Source: Octopus sinensis (lineage: Eukaryota). Taken from it: a DNA stretch of 7,752 nt. The notes beneath the pieces were generated by a model. It was not told where the DNA came from. It worked only from the letters and a program-made list of their open reading frames with translations, and did not search any database. Each line of letters starts with the position of its first letter. The first letter of the stretch is position 1. The stretch lies in NCBI RefSeq assembly GCF_006345805.1, contig NW_021828742.1, forward strand, positions 1 to 7,752, in the 5' to 3' direction. The translations under genes and the position numbers were made by a program. Shown here piece after piece: positions 7,035-7,752 of the stretch.

Positions 7035-7443
7035 GGCGCAGGAGTGGCTGTTTGGTAAGTAGCTTGCTAACCAACCACATGGTTCCGGGTTCAGTCCCAC
7101 TGCGTGGCATCTTGGACACGTGTCTTCTGCTATAGCCCCGGGCTGACCAATGCCTTGTGAGTGGATTTGGTAGACGGAAACTGAAAGAAGCCTGTCGTAT
7201 ATATGTATATATATATAAGTGTGTGTGAATATGTTTGTGTGTCTGTGTTTGTTCCCCTAGCATTGCTTGACAACCGATGCTGGTGTGTTTACGTCCCCGT
7301 CACTTAGCGGTTCGGCAAAAGAGAGATAGAATAAGTACTAACTGGGCACAAAGAATAAGTCCCGGGTCGATTTGCTCGACTAAAGCGGGTGCTCCAGCGT
7401 GGCCGCAGTCAAATGACTGAAACAAGTAAAAAGAGTAAAAAGA

Positions 7444-7446
<3 letters not shown>
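7035..7446 (+). mobile_element. SINE family A full-length copy 4
   Basis: GGCGCAGGAGTGGCTG start; tail GTAAAAAGAGTAAAAAGAGTA followed by (TA)n. Confidence 0.95.
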
Positions 7447-7496
<50 letters not shown>

Positions 7497-7499
7497 TAT
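7447..7499. repeat. (TA)n microsatellite
   Basis: Direct. Confidence 0.95.
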
Positions 7500-7589
7500 A
7501 GGTATGTGTGTGTAGACACTTGCTCCCCCCCCCGGTTCGTCTACAAACGGCTCTCATTACAAAAAGCCCTGCAAAAATGTTCTTCCTGA

Positions 7590-7752
7590 AACTCCCTCCC
7601 TCCCTCCCTTCCTCCCGTTTTCTCTGTCTCTGTCTCTCTCTGTTTCTCCATCTCCCATAATTACAGATTCCTCTCGCCCCGCATCCGCCATCCTTCACAT
7701 CACCCCCCCGCCCCCTCCTCTCTTCGTCTCATTTCGATTTCTTTCTTCTTTT
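7590..7752. repeat. Pyrimidine-rich low-complexity tract ((CCCT)n, (CT)n/(CTGT), C runs)
   Basis: Direct composition. Confidence 0.8.

Noticed and set aside
974-7263. Recurring 60-135-aa ORFs (e.g. MLRGQTHT...SGTEPGTMWL, FYLFQSFDCGHAGAPP)
   Set aside because: They recur only because they are translations of SINE A copies and (TA)/(CA) tracts; they are not a gene family.
7510-7545. TGTAGAC/GTCTACA inverted repeat around a C run
   Set aside because: Only 7 bp; expected by chance and without supporting context.
7300-7698. 132-aa minus-strand ORF with an R/E/G-rich start
   Set aside because: Translation of a purine-rich low-complexity tract, (TA)n and a SINE tail.

Overview
Non-coding, repeat-saturated, AT-rich animal DNA. 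The SINE families and the microsatellite load look like octopus (coleoid cephalopod) genomic DNA; this is an inference from recognition, not a search. No intact protein-coding gene is supported. Nearly all ORFs in the track are read-throughs of microsatellites and SINEs. The window holds: (i) four near-full copies and four fragments of one tRNA-derived SINE that carries an internal (TA)/(TG) microsatellite and a TAAAAGAG tail; (ii) one copy of a second, tRNA-Arg-like SINE inside a (CCTA)n array; (iii) an 887-bp non-autonomous hAT (Buster/Charlie type) transposon with a perfect 8-bp TSD, a frameshifted transposase C-terminus and two copies of its 3' end enclosing 165 bp of unrelated DNA; (iv) two probable fossil LINE ORF2 fragments (RTE-like and L1/Tx1-like); (v) a 127-bp TIR-less element present twice in inverted orientation in TA-rich tracts; (vi) a ~56-bp-arm near-perfect hairpin and a possible decayed hammerhead-like motif between large (TA)n arrays. 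I see no convincing new multi-gene system. The most unusual items are the composite hAT, the 127-bp element, the long hairpin and the hammerhead-like relic.
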